From contig OZ024753.1 of assembly GCA_964016885.1 (NCBI GenBank), forward strand, positions 26,722,001 through 26,786,000: a stretch of DNA of 64,000 nucleotides. Reading direction: 5' to 3'. How positions within the stretch are numbered: the first letter of the stretch is position 1; each line of letters starts with the position of its first letter. The DNA comes from Eledone cirrhosa. Its lineage: Eukaryota. Below are positions 38,491 to 51,882 of this stretch, in pieces. Position numbers and translations under genes: made by a program. The notes below the pieces were generated by a model. The model had not been told where the DNA came from, made no database searches, and was given only the letters and a program-made list of their open reading frames with translations.

Positions 38491-40964
38491 TAATTCCTGG
38501 CCTTGTGCCAAAAGTAGAAACAATTATATGTAGGAAATTTTGACTTCCTTGAATATTATTTTTCTGTTTCAGTGAGTACTAGAGAGCAAAAAGAGAACTT
38601 CTAATACTCAAATACCATGATGTAGTTTCAATTCACAGCTGATGTTATCTCATCTCTTGGTATTTATATATTTGAGAATTACAGTAAAAAAAAATCTCTA
38701 TAACGTGATAAGTGAAGGAATGCTGTGATGAAAAAGATCTGTCCAACCCATGTAGTGGTGATGTCGACAATGGTGATGATGAGATGATGATAACAATGAC
38801 GACAATAATGATGATGATGATGATGATAATCACTCTTGCTATTTCATCTTTTCCCTATTAAATAATGAAACATAAAGCTACAGGTTTGCAAAGTGGACTT
38901 CTTAGCCACATAGCCATATCTACACCTAGAATTGAACCAACACTTTCTAGTCTAACAAAAAACACTAGTCTTAATTGTTATTTTGTAGATAAATTGAAAC
39001 ATATCATTGGCTAAAGATAGTTATAATTTCATCAGCACCTTTATACTGAGATGTTTCAATACATTCTAACACTGTCGACCTCTTTTAGAGAATGATTAGT
39101 GTTCTTACATAAAATATCTATGTCCCCTCCAGCTTCTCATTTTAAGTAATAAATCACCACCACCCTCGTCCTTCTATCTAACAAAAATAACAACACTTTT
39201 ATCACTGTCATTTGATGCAACAAGAAATATCAGTGGTTATTAATGACACTATGATATTTTAACTTGGAGCTATATCTCTTTCATAGGCTATCTTCAGTCT
39301 GATGTGACTTTTTAATGACAGGCTCAAAGCTAAGAATGAAATATAGAAGGGTACAAAAGATAACATTTTCTGGTTTTTGGTCAACAATTTGAAACTTAAT
39401 GGTAAGAATTTTTCATTTCTTTTTTTTTATTTCACATACATTTTACTATTAATAGTCATTTAAGGTCACAATTCTAACTAAACTGATAAACACACTCCAG
39501 ACAGCAGAAACCAAGACAAAATTTCTTCAAATCTTTAATCTGAAAATCAATAAGCTTGTTCTATTACCAAAGCTTTGTGTCGTTTTTATGTGTAAACCAG
39601 CCACCCATTTCACACCATCTTGTTACATAGTTTTTTGTTGTCAATAAAATATACTTAAAGAGGACAAAGTTCTAATCTTTCCTTCAGGCCATCAACAGTT
39701 AATTCCAACTTCATATTCAAAATACTTGGCCATCTACATGGCCAATTGATCTGCTAGAAATAGAAGCCAAATTACTCTCAAGTTGCACCCAATCGTCTTA
39801 GAAAAGAACACATTGGCTAATATGGTTGTAAGTGCATTGTGTCTGAGAAAAGGACAGGATGGTCAGCTTTATAAAATGTACTGGAAAAAACAACTATGTG
39901 GTCCCATACACACTTTACTGGAGGCCCTAAGTAAGTATTTATGGTTAATCCAGGATCATCATCAACCCTCACAAATTGAACTCTCTGTTTCAAAATCATC
40001 TTTGCCATCATCTGTGTTCTGGGGTTATTGAGATTATCAAATTGGAATTCATTTTATCTTGCTTAATCTTTTGTGATAATGGATACTCTCAAAAGGAATT
40101 CTCTGATGGCTTGTCTACAATATTAATTGTTAACATTGCTACAAGGCAGATAGAGTATAGTAATTTAACTTTCAGCACGCAGTATCATATTCATAAAAAA
40201 GATTCAGCGTTCTAAAGGTTAAATTGATCCAATTACTTGACTGATACTTTATAAATATTGTATTGAACGAAGTAATTGGATATTGATCCCTGAACATCAG
40301 TGATTTATGTTCATTGTTGGTATTGTTTGACTGGAGAGCAACAATAAGTTATTGAGTAATGGAGGAGAAAGCTTGTATGTGTATATATATGCTAATGGTT
40401 TATTAATGAGTCAGGAAGCTTTAGATAAGTGCTATAAGTTTCTTATTGAAAATCACAGTACAAGATCAAGACCAGGATATGAACTTGTATCTAGACCTGT
40501 CAACTCACCTTGTCCAACTTTGGGGTGGGTGACAGATGTTTTCTCTTGTGAAAATGGGTATAGCTTTAATTATGTAAAATCTCCCCATTTCTCTCCGTCT
40601 TGGGGCACTCTTTTTTCATGATCTGCCCCGTTTGGCAGGTCTGTTGTAGGAAGGATTCTAGAACTTAAAACTTTCACACAAAGGAAAACAACAGTTCCTT
40701 TGATTTTTTTTTTTAAGCCTCTAAATACCAGCCTGCCAAAAACTGCTTTTATTAACATATTCAAATGTAAATTCAAACCTTGTACTGATATTTCATAATT
40801 ACATACGTGATAATAATATATTTCAGTAGTTAAATATTTGTCTTTTGTTATTAACCTCTCATAAATTTTGTTATTAACCTCTCATAAATATTGATTATTT
40901 TGGTAATTAAGACATCGAGGCCATATATTCTTGTTAGGAAAATGGTAACATTAATGGGTTCATT

Positions 40965-41300
40965 AACATCTTGTATGTATGTAAGGCCCCATAACTCCTG
41001 AAAGTCATAGGTAGCGCAGTATTGACACAGTGTTTCTTGGGCATTTTAAGCCTGGTGGAGCCCATCTCTCTCCAGGCCTGAGTACAGCAGATTTTTCCCA
41101 GAGAAAGAAAGTGAGAGAGAAGAAGAATTGTCCCCAATACTAGACTGGTACTTTTTTTTTTATTGACCTCGAAGGATGAAAGGCAAAGTTGACCTCGGCG
41201 GGATTTGAACTCCATGAACACAGTAGGAACAAATGCCATAAAGTATTCTATCCGATGTTCTAACGACTCTGCCAATTCACTGTCTCAATAACACCTTACC
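40965..41300 (-). mobile_element. Composite SINE, second copy
   Basis: Colinear with 30420-30750. Confidence 0.7.
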
Positions 41301-41894
41301 ATCTTGAAAAGAGGAAAGGCCAATTTAGTCTTTAAGCCTAAAAAGATGGTATGCACTTGGTAGTGATGATGATGTGGTAGTTTCCCTACCCCATCAGTAC
41401 ATATAAATAACACTTTTTGCAACTTGCAGGCACATTGTGCACATATGTGCTTGTGTGCATGCATGCGTGTGTGTGTAAATAGCTAAGAATAAGTTGACAG
41501 AAAACATAACTTGATATTGTCTGTTGTTTTTTATTTTAAATATATGTGCATTCCTCCCACACAGATAGAATAGAAGTGAAATTTTGGTAAGTTTAGAGAA
41601 GGGTAGGATTTTAAAATGTCAAGAGAGAGATAATACTGTGTGTAAAAATAATGGGAAGGCCTTCTGTTGTTAGCTTGTGGTGTCAGAATTTGGAGTGATA
41701 TACTGTATAGCGCAGGTGGGCCACAACGTTGATATCTAAAATTTAAACAAAGGTTTTGCTTTTTCTGCGGAGGAAATATCTGTAATTCTATTTCATTATT
41801 AGTGCCGTTGGGGGTAGTGGATTGCCAGTCATTAGAGCATTGGACAAAAGACTTTGCAGCATATAGTTATGGCCTTTTATATTCTGAGTTCATA

Positions 41895-42210
41895 ATGCTA
41901 TAGATATAGTATAAGACTGTCTATAGCCATAGATATAGTATAAAACTGTCTATATAGCTACAGATATAGTATAAGAATATCTACATAGATATAGACAGTA
42001 TAAGATTGTCTATAGATATAGTATAAGACTGTCTATATAGTTATAGATATAGTATAAGAGTATCTATATAGATATAGACAATATAAGATTGTCTATAGCT
42101 ATAGATACAGTATATAGATATAGTATAAGACTATATAGTTATAGAGTATAAGACTAAGTCTATATAGTTATAGTATAAGACTAAGTCTATTTAACTATAG
42201 ATTCAGTAAG
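41895..42210. repeat. Degenerate AT-rich minisatellite
   Basis: Recurrent TATAGATATAGTATAAGACTGTC motif. Confidence 0.8.
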
Positions 42211-42337
42211 ACTTGTACTCGGTATAGAACTAAATCTATAACTACATAGGAGATTATTCTAGCTTAGTACTTGTGGGAAAGTTGCTCTCTCCTCTCTCTC
42301 TCTCTCCCCCCTCTCTCTCTAATAGATAAATGGACAG

Positions 42338-42797
42338 GCAGATTTGATGCTGTGCCAGAGCTTAGCTTAGTGTTAATGACAGCTTTAGAACTTAGCAACC
42401 CCTCACTTAAAAAAAACCAATAATTTCTAAAACCCCTCTACCTACACTCCTCTCTCAGATTTGATGCTGTGCCAGAGCTTAGCTTAATGTTAATGACAGC
42501 TTTAGAACTTAGCAACCCCTCACTTAAAAAAACCCAATAATTTCTAAAAACCCTCTAACTACACTCCTCTCTCAGATTTGATGCTGTGCCAGAGCTTAGC
42601 TTAATGTTAATGACAGCTTTAGAACTTAGCAACCCCTCACTTAAAAAAACCCAATAATTTCTAAAACCCCTCTAACTACACTCCTCTCTCAGATTTGATG
42701 CTGTGCCAGAGCTTAGCTTAATGTTAATGACAGCTTTAGAACTTAGCAACCCCTCACTTAAAAAAACCCAATAACTTCTAAAACCCCTCTACCTACA

Positions 42798-42805
<8 letters not shown>
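42338..42805. repeat. ~117-bp tandem repeat, 4 near-identical copies
   Basis: CAGATTTGATGCTGTGCCAGAGCTTAGC recurs at ~42338, 42456, 42573 and 42690; flanked by (CT)n. Confidence 0.93.
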
Positions 42806-42852
<47 letters not shown>

Positions 42853-43404
42853 CACATACACATACACATACACACCTCCACATGCATACTCTAACTTCTT
42901 ATTACCAGATATTTTGTGCTGTAGTTGCTTCTTACTTCCTCCATACTCACCAAATAAATTTGGTTGCAAAGCACAAAATATCATGCACACCTTTTGCACT
43001 TTAGTGAACTGCATTAATTTGCAACAGATGGTACAACTATATGTCATGTATGCATGTGTAAGTGTGTACATTTTATAGCTCTTTCTGAAAATTATTCAAT
43101 AATTGGCCATTTATATTCTATTTGTTTCAATTGTTAATGACAGACATGAAAGTTCAACTAGGAGTCTCTCTTCAACTGTGTAATAACTTGCCATATTTCC
43201 TTGTCTTGGCATAAAAAAAAAAGCTTTCAAACTTTTCTATCTGTCTAGTTCTTTTCCCCTTTCCATAAATGTTGGTAAATACCAACAATTTTGAGTATAC
43301 CTTTCATATAATTTCAGATTTTCAAGATATAGTAATTTTTTTTGTGTTTTTATTGTTTTATTTTTTTTTTAATTCTTAATTCTTTTCACGTGTAATTATT
43401 CCTC

Positions 43405-43680
43405 GCCACCACCATCATCTTCATCACCACCAACACCACTACACCATCACCATCACCACCACCGCCACTATCACCACCACCATACTACCATAATCACCAC
43501 CACCATCACCACTACCGCCGTTGCTACCACCACCACTACCGCTGTTGCTACCACCACCATCAACACCACTGCCACCACCAAAGTCAACACCACAATCATC
43601 ACCACTACCGCCATTGCTACCATCACCACTGCCACCATCACTGCACAAACTACCACCAAAGTCACCACCATCACCACTCC
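43405..43680. repeat. Degenerate (CAC)n microsatellite
   Basis: CACCACCAT-type triplets. Confidence 0.9.
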
Positions 43681-43852
43681 TGCAATGTCAGAAGAATATC
43701 TAACTTTAAGCAACTCCCATTACAACTAAATTACGCAATAATGGAATATGTTACATTAAAAACAGTTTTTCGTATCAACGTTTTACATTTTATTTTCATT
43801 GCTGAGATGGGTTGGATGGGTAGTTACACACGTGGTCAGTTAATGTTTCTGT

Positions 43853-44040
43853 TTTACTGGTCATTTTTGTGTGGTCTGGGGAGTTACTGGTCAGTTTGGT
43901 GTGATATGGGGAGTTACTGGTCAGTTTGGTATGATCTGGGGAGTTACTGGTTAGTTTGGTGTGGTCTGGGGAGTTACTGGTCAGTTTGGTGTGGTCTGGG
44001 GAGTTTCTGGTCAGTTTGGTGTGGTCTGGGAAGTTACTGT
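43853..44040. repeat. 30-bp tandem repeat, ~6 copies
   Basis: GGTCAGTTTGGTGTGGTCTGGGGAGTTACT units. Confidence 0.92.
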
Positions 44041-44597
44041 TTTACTGGACAAGATGGTGTGGTCAGAGGGTATTGCTTTACTTGGCAGACAGACAGCTGA
44101 GGTCAGAAGGTTACTGCTTTCCTGCTCAGTGGAGAGCTAGTGAAAACCATAAGCACAGCCCAACTTCTTTCTTCTCACCAAACCTTTACAATGAATTGAA
44201 AATAAATAAATGGTTTAAGAAGTGCCAGGACGTCCAAGTGGAAGGAAGCCATGGAGGAAGAGGACCAGAAAGGATGTGGACAGCAGTGATAGAAGTTGGT
44301 TTCAAGAAAGTGAGTCTCAAGAGAGGACAAAGGAAAAATAAAACATGTGGCGAGATAAAGTACTGGAATGAAGTTGTGAAACAAATATGAACATGGAAAA
44401 ACATGTAATGATGATGATGATGAGTTACACTAAAATACGTTATCATTGTTTTTTTGTACTCCAGTTTCTATGTTATCTGCTTTTTTTTATCTTCTTGTTG
44501 TCTAAAGTTGAAATTGCAGACCACCCTCTGCACTGCCATACCTAGAAATAGCTTTTTATTCTGTTTACCAACAATTTGAGTCGTTTGGAGGATTTAA

Positions 44598-44906
44598 CCC
44601 TTTCGCTTTTAAACCAGCCATATCCAGCCAGAATTCACTCACCTCTTTCTGTTCAAACCGGCTGTAACCGGCCATTTATACTGATGTTAAGGTATTGTTC
44701 TCAAAACAAATTATATCAAAATCTCATTTAACCCGTTACCATTTACATTACTCTATATTTACTATTGTATTTTCATGGTAAAGGCTTTATATCACATAAT
44801 TATCTCACATAATACAGAATCTGAGATTTTGATATCATTTATTTTGAGAACAATACCTTAACATCAGTATGAGTGGCTAGATACATTCGGTTTAAATGCT
44901 AAAGTG
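44598..44906. mobile_element. Two piggyBac-like MITE copies in opposite orientation
   Basis: TTAA|CCCTTT start, second copy begins at internal TTAA ~44728; forms a quasi-palindrome ending AAAGTG|TTAA. Confidence 0.65.
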
Positions 44907-47811
44907 TTAAGCTCACTGTGTGGATTTTCACACTAAAATATATCTTCTACAGAACATCTTATATACAAGTATATTTTGTTTTTATTTAAGGATCCAATCC
45001 AGGTGGTTTCAATAAAAGTGAGCAAGAAAACCATGTCAGACAGAAAATAATTTGTTCTAAGTGTTACTTTAAAGATGTCTGTTTTAACTGACATTTTCTC
45101 TTGTCTAAACAGCTTTCACAATTGCCTCTATATCTCTCTCCACCCTAATTTTATAAAATGGTGGCCGTACCCTATGATTTGCAGCTGCTGCCTCCTTTTG
45201 ACTCAGTAGTCATTTTTTTTTTTTTTATGTTTTTGTATAAGACAATTGTAGTTCTTAGATTTCTTTTTTTTTTCTTATTTCTCACATCTGACTGTGTTGG
45301 TTTATGACTGGGTTATTGAAGTTTTAGTAACATTAAAATATGTCTGCACTATTACTGTCTTTTAAAAGGAAAGAAATAAAATCAGCTGTTCTCATTTCTG
45401 CAGAATTTCATACTGTAATTTGTTGTTAGACAAAGTGGAAATTCAATATAGATAGAATTTTGTCTTCCTTTTTTCCTACTTGACACAGAACCAACAAAGT
45501 TAGGAAGAAAACTTACATGTTTATAATTTTTAAGTGGGTGTAACAGAAATATTTTTTAAAAGACTATATAAAAGATTGAATTATATTGTAAGCTATTATA
45601 GAATATTATATATAGCAAATATTTTATTGTAATAAATTCAAGTGTCTTTTGTGGTTATGGAAAGAGAAAGGCAAGGGCTCTAGGGTCACAGAAGAATGGG
45701 AAGGTGATGGGCTCTATGCCTAGGGCGTCGCCGTATTGGGGCTGCACCATGTGGACAAGACTAAAAAATATTCTCGCGGAAATATTATATATTACACAAG
45801 AGGTTTAGTATTTTGTATAACGAGACATTAATTTGTTTTTGTTGCTGTTCTTGTTTAGTCCAATGTCAGGCATTAGTGAGCAATCCAATAATGGACATTC
45901 CAGATATGACCTTAGTTTTTTAGGGGTACTACTTTTAGGGAACTACTTTAGCCAATGTGTCCTTTTTTTCAAGATGGTAGGCTTTATTTGAAGAATATTT
46001 GGCTGCTATTTGTAGCAGATTGAGTGGTAGAATGTGTATCTGCCTAACTGCTTGCTTGCCAATGAGAAGTTGGTTATAAAGCAAATAGAGAGCCATAGAT
46101 CCATTAACATCTCCGGTCACTTTTGATACAGATGTAACTTTATTGATATTTTTCACTGACAATATGCTAAGACATCAGCAAGTATTGAAGATCTGCAAAG
46201 CCTCATGAAACTGAGATATATTGTTATCTAGCCCCAGATCAAGCCTGATTGAACAAACTCATGATCAAAGATATTACAGCTGCAACTATCACAGAGGCTG
46301 TTTAATGGACAAGGGAAATCCACTAGTTTGGTATGTCCAAAGGTAAGATGGGCCTATTTTACCAGTAATGATATATCATCTGGTGGTGTTTCTTCTAAAA
46401 TATTAACTCTATAAACATAAAACCTTTTTCATGTTTTGGGGGTTTTGAATAATTAACCCTTTAGCATTAAAGCGGTCATATCCGGCCAGAATTCTTACAC
46501 CCCTTTCTGTTTAAACAGGCCACTCATACTAATGTTAAGGTATTGTTCGCAAAATAAATACTATAAAAATCTCGTAGATTTGATATTATTCTGAAAATTC
46601 AGAAATCATTACTGTCACTCTATATCAAGTATCATTCTCTACTTCTTTGTCACTTTAACAGGATTGTTGTATTGGTATAGAATAAGAAGTATCAATTAGA
46701 TCTGTCTTCAAACATGACCTCCTTTCTAGCCTATCTGTCATTTAATTTCAATGTTATCAGTTTTAGAAAGCCTCTCAAATAGATTAGCTAATCAAAATAA
46801 ACTAACCTGTTACCTGCTAGAGTTTTCAAAGAAAATGCTGTAATTTGTCATTCTGTGTCTTGTCTAAAGTTTGTTGTTTCACAGATCTTCAGACTGTCAT
46901 TTGGTAAGTTGGAAGTTTTGCAGCTTTTACATCAACTGCCATTTTAACCTGTCTTCTCAGAATATCAAGCTATTCTTCTAAAATGTCTATAATATCAAGC
47001 CATTCTTCCAAAATGTCTATAACATTATTCTGTTTGTTGCTGCTACATGTGTTTCATTGTTATGATTGCTATGTTTTTAACTATAGAATGAAATAGAAAT
47101 TATCATAAAATTTTTTAACATAATGAAGCAATTTCAGATGTTATACTTCAAATAACCTTAAGTATGGAAGGACATTAGAAACATAATCAAAATCTTGAAC
47201 ATGTTATGAAGATCTATAAATTTAATCATCAAAATAGAAATAATGGTTTCTACTTTAGCCACACGCCGAACAATATTGGGGGTAGGGGAAAGTTGATACT
47301 TTATTTTATCAACCCTGTAAGGATGAGAAAGGCAAAGCTAACCTCGCCGGGATTTGAACTCAGAATGTAAAAGGCTGTAACTCTATGCCACGAAGCATAA
47401 TGTTTGAAGGGCATTCAGATGTAGTGTAGAAACTTGTGCTGTGAAGGGCATGCATGAGCCACCTATCTAGGACAGTAACTCCGAATATGAAATGCCAACA
47501 TGGGAAAATGCATGTAATATTATGATGTTGATGATGATGATTTTTGTAGCTACATATTGACCATGTAATTAACCACATGTTAACTACGTAATAACCACAT
47601 GTTAACTATGTAATAGCCACATGTTAACCAGGCAGTAGATGTCAATGGTTACAAGGGTGGATGTAGATTAATAATAAAAACACCCATCCGGTGTGTTCAT
47701 CTTGTAAATAACACAGAATAATTTCTATTCCCTGTCTCAGTCTTAACCTTCACAAGTTAGCATTACTACTTCAATCTTTTCAAAATTGTTATTATTACTA
47801 TTATCATTATT

Positions 47812-48612
47812 AGGGAGGTGAGTTGGTAGAGTATCGGACACCCTGCTTTGCGGCATAGTTACGGTTCTTTACGTTCTGAGTTCAAATCCTGCCGAGGTTA
47901 GCTTTGCTTTTCATCCTTACGGGGTTGATAAAATAAAGTACCAGTAACGTACTGGGGTCGATTTAAACGAGCCCCCCACCCCAAAAAAAAAATTTTTTTA
48001 CTGGCCTTGTACCTATACTAGAAATCAATATTATCGGTGGATTGGCAGTATCGGTAGAAGGTCGGATGCCATGCTTTCCAGCATAGTTACGCCCCATTAC
48101 GATCTGAGTTCAAATCCCGCCGAGGTTGACTTTGCCTTTCATCCTTACGGGGTCAATAAAATAAAGTACCAGTAATGCACTGGGTAATTGCTGGCCTTGT
48201 GCCTAAAGTAGAAATCATTATTATCATCATTGTTATTGGATTGGCAGTATCGGTAGAGCATCTGACACCCTCCTTCACAGCATATAGTTACAGCTCTTTA
48301 CGTTCCGATTTCAAATCTCGCCAACGTTAGCTTTGTCTTTCATCCTTACGGGGTCAGTAAAATAAAGTACCAGTAATGTACTGGGGTCAATTTAATCAAC
48401 TTTCTCCTCCCCCCCTCAAAGTTGCTAGCCTTATGCCTGAATTGGCAGTATCGGACGCCATGCTTTCCAGCATAGTTACGGCCCTTTATGGTTTGAGTTC
48501 AAATTCCGCCGAGCTTAACTTTGCCTTTCATCCTTATGAGGTCGATAAAATAAAGTACCAGTAATACACTGGGCTAATTGCTGGCCTTGTGCCAAAAGTA
48601 GAAACAATTATT
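47812..48612 (+). mobile_element. Four head-to-tail tRNA-derived SINE copies
   Basis: Four repeats of head, B box and CCTTTCATCCTTACGGGGTC central domain. Confidence 0.9.
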
Positions 48613-49023
48613 GTTATTGTTTTTGTTGTTGCTATTATTTAACAGCTGTTGAGTATTAAATATCAAGAGAAAGTATAATATAATAAAGGACATCATGACA
48701 TGTACAATTGCGATGTAACGTTATATACATAACTGAAGTGTGAGAGAGAGAGAGTAAGTGTGTGTTAGCATGAATTAAATAGTTATATAAACTCCATATG
48801 TTCTCTAATTTTATATCTTTTCTTCATTGTTTTAACATCATTACCATTAACATCTATCATTGCAATAGTCATTCATTCACAACACACTCACCCCTTCTGT
48901 ATATTGACACAGACTGGTACTCAACCTGCTCATACTGATGTTAAGGTATTCCTCTCAAAATAAATATCAAAATCTTGTAGATTCTATATTATGTGAGATA
49001 AAGCCTTTACAATGAAAATACAA

Positions 49024-49692
49024 TCTATATATATAATATAAAAGATGTTTATTGGATAGCTAGATGGTTGGTTGCATCACACGAAACTACACACACACAC
49101 ATCTAAAGAGAGAGAGACATGGAGGGAAAGGCAGAAAGAGAGAGATAGGCCGTTATACAGAGAGAGATACAATTAAAGTGTTAGATATTCAGAGAGAGAG
49201 TAACATCCCACGAAAGTATAGAAACGACTTAAACTATAGATCCTTTGATCTATAGGAAGGTTTAAGAATACTGCGTTAGCTTTTATAAATTTGTTTTACA
49301 GTCTTTGATTTTACAGAACAAAGAAAAATTGATATTATTTGAAATTAATCTACCCTCTAGCTTTTATCCATATACTACTTACAGTCTGTACTAACAAAGC
49401 AACACTTCAGAAGCAATGTTATGCGGTATATTGCTATGTTTCTAATGACGTCCTTTAGAACTAAAAAAGATTATACTGACTATGGTTATTTCACATTTAA
49501 AATCCAAGGCCAATGCTACCATTTAATTGGCCGTTTCCTCCCCCAGACTAATAAGGAAGTTTTATGATTGTTTTTTTTATGTCTCTTTCTCTCTCTCTCA
49601 CACACACATTACGGTCTCATCTCATACCAGACAACACATCCAATACAGTTGTTTTCTCTGTTCTCCCGGGCGAAGCCGGGGACTTCAGCTAG
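49024..49692 (+). mobile_element. Non-autonomous Helitron inserted in a piggyBac-like MITE
   Basis: 5' TC, subterminal hairpin CCCGGGCGAAGCCGGG, 3' CTAG; lies between A and T of GAAAATACAA|TAGTAAATATAGAG, which is contiguous in other MITE copies; no TSD. Confidence 0.88.
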
Positions 49693-50157
49693 TAGTAAAT
49701 ATAGAGTAATGTAAATGATAAAGGGTTAAGTAATTGATAACCAACAAAATATTATTGTAAAGTTGCTTCCCTTAGACCATAACAGTTTTATCCTCACTTG
49801 TTTATGTATTAATTTGTGGGTGTTTTATTTTATTTATTTTTTTGACAACGCTACCACATTTACAATATACCCTCAGATCTCGAATAATCTCAGACCCCAC
49901 CCTCTCTTATACTACCCTCTCCTCTGCTGATTAAATTTTGCTAATCTATCTCGGGCTAAATCCTATTTTAAGTGGTAGCATTCCTGTGACAATTTTCTTT
50001 ATACATTAAAAATCATAATGTATGACAAAAAAGTACATTACTAGAAATTCCATACATTATAAAATAAATAGGATGCGTTGGGGTCTCAATATGTAAACTA
50101 AACGACTAATTCTGTTTTTTTAAAAATCAATAGAGACAACCTAGAAAAATTACCAAT

Positions 50158-50290
50158 ATAATACAGTAGTATATTTAACAGTTAATACAGTCGTATATTT
50201 AACAGTTAATACAGTAGTATATTTAACAGTTAATACAGTAGTATATTTAACAGTTAATACAGTAGTGTATTTTACAGTTAATACAGTAAC
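50158..50290. repeat. 24-bp tandem repeat, ~5 copies
   Basis: AATACAGTAGTATATTTAACAGTT units just upstream of a splice acceptor. Confidence 0.9.
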
Positions 50291-50311
50291 ATGTTTATAC
50301 TTTTCTTCCAG

Positions 50312-50499
50312 AGATGTCCAACGAATGTCAAGTTTGGAAGACAGACTTACTGATCTCCTACAATACAATTGCTTCTGTTACAATAGTGGGTGTCTTAATT
50401 TTTGTGGCTGTAACATATTTCTACTGGAAGTCTTGGTGGGAACGCCATCATTTGGCAACTGAGCCACAACTATATCTCTCAGAAGTCATCAATAAGTGA
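50312..50499 (+). CDS. Candidate terminal exon of an unidentified single-pass membrane protein
   Basis: TTTTCTTCCAG acceptor, then MSNECQVWKTDLLISYN-TIASVTIVGVLIFVAVTYFYW-KSWWERHH...INK*; hydrophobic span followed by a basic residue; AATAAA at ~50582. Confidence 0.5.
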
Positions 50500-50660
50500 A
50501 ACAAGAAATGTCAGAGTTACAGTGATGTCAAGCTACAACACAGTATTGATCCACTAAAGCCTCACTAATTTTACAACAATCAATAAATGTTCCCAAAGAT
50601 TTCCTCATTTCTTAAGAAACTATTAATATCCCTAACCCACCAACAGTTCTAGCAGCTTGT

Positions 50661-51470
50661 CATTATCTGGAGCAGATCTGTAGCCAGTGTTAATGTCAAT
50701 ACTATCTATCACCATTATCTGGAGCAGATCTGTAGCCAGTGTTAATGTCAATACTATCTACCACCATTATCTGTAGCTAGTGCTAATGTCAATACTATCT
50801 ACCACCATTATCTGGAGCATATCTGTAGCCAGTGCTAATGTCAATACTATCTACCACCATTATCTGTAGCTAGTGCTAATGTCAATACTATCTATCAACA
50901 TTATCTGGAGCAGATCTGTAGCCAGTGCTAATGTCAATATTATATACCACCATTATCTGGAGCAGATCTGTAGCCAGTGCTAATGTCCATACTATCTACC
51001 ACCATTATCTGGAGCAGATCTGTAGCCAGTGCTAATGTCAATATTATCTACCACCATTATCTGGAGCAAATCTGTAGCCAGTGCTAATGTCAATACTATC
51101 TATCAACATTATCTGGAGCAGATCTGTTGTCAGTGCTAATGTCAATACTATCTACCACCATTATCTGGAGCAGATCTGTTGCCAGTGCTAATGTCAATAC
51201 TATCTATCAACATTATCTGGAGCAGATCTGTTATCAGTGCTAATGTCAATACTATCTACCACCATTATCTGGAGCAGATCTGTTGCCAGTGCTAATGTCA
51301 ATACTATCTATCAATATTATCTGGAGCAGATCTGTAGCCAGTGCTAATGTCAATACTATCTACCACCATTATCTGGAGCAGATCTGTTGCCAGTGCTAAG
51401 GACATTACTATCTACCAACATTATCTGGAGCAGATCTGTAACCAGTGCTAAGGACAATACTATTTACCAC
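50661..51470. repeat. 52-bp tandem repeat (~16 units, some 39-bp variants)
   Basis: CATTATCTGGAGCAGATCTGTAGCCAGTGCTAATGTCAATACTATCTACCAC. Confidence 0.95.
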
Positions 51471-51695
51471 TATATGTGGCATCCAAATCAGATCTGTTAG
51501 GTTACAATGCTGTTAATTTGATATTTTGAAGTATATTTAAATTGGAGAGTTTGTTGAATGTTGATAAGATCAGATACTGTGAAAACTGGAAAGTTTAACA
51601 TTTTGGGCTCGTATACTTGAATCGAGTACAGAATAAGCTGTTGTTGTTAGATTAGGGATTTCCCCTCTTCCCAATAATTCAAGTATCATTATTTT

Positions 51696-51882
51696 GGTGG
51701 ATTGGCAGTATTGGTAAGGGTCGGACGCCATGCTTTCCAGCATAGTTACGTCCCTTTACGATCTGAGTTCAAATCCCGCCGAGGTTGACTTTGCCTTTCA
51801 TCCTTACGGGGTCGATAAAATAAAGTACCAGTAATGCACTGGGCATTTGCTGGCCTTGTGCCTAAAGTAGAAACAATTATTT
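51696..51882 (+). mobile_element. Clean full-length tRNA-derived SINE
   Basis: A box TGGCAGTATTGG, B box GTTCAAATCC, central domain, tail; ATTATTTT on both sides as a possible TSD. Confidence 0.92.

Noticed and set aside
40352-40621. 89-aa ORF in unique-looking sequence
   Set aside because: No recognisable family and no clear splice sites; cannot be supported without a search.
43439-44100. Gly-, Pro- and Trp-rich repeat ORFs
   Set aside because: Products of the (CAC)n and 30-bp tandem repeats.
51696-51790. tRNA genes
   Set aside because: A and B boxes belong to SINE heads; no complete cloverleaf.
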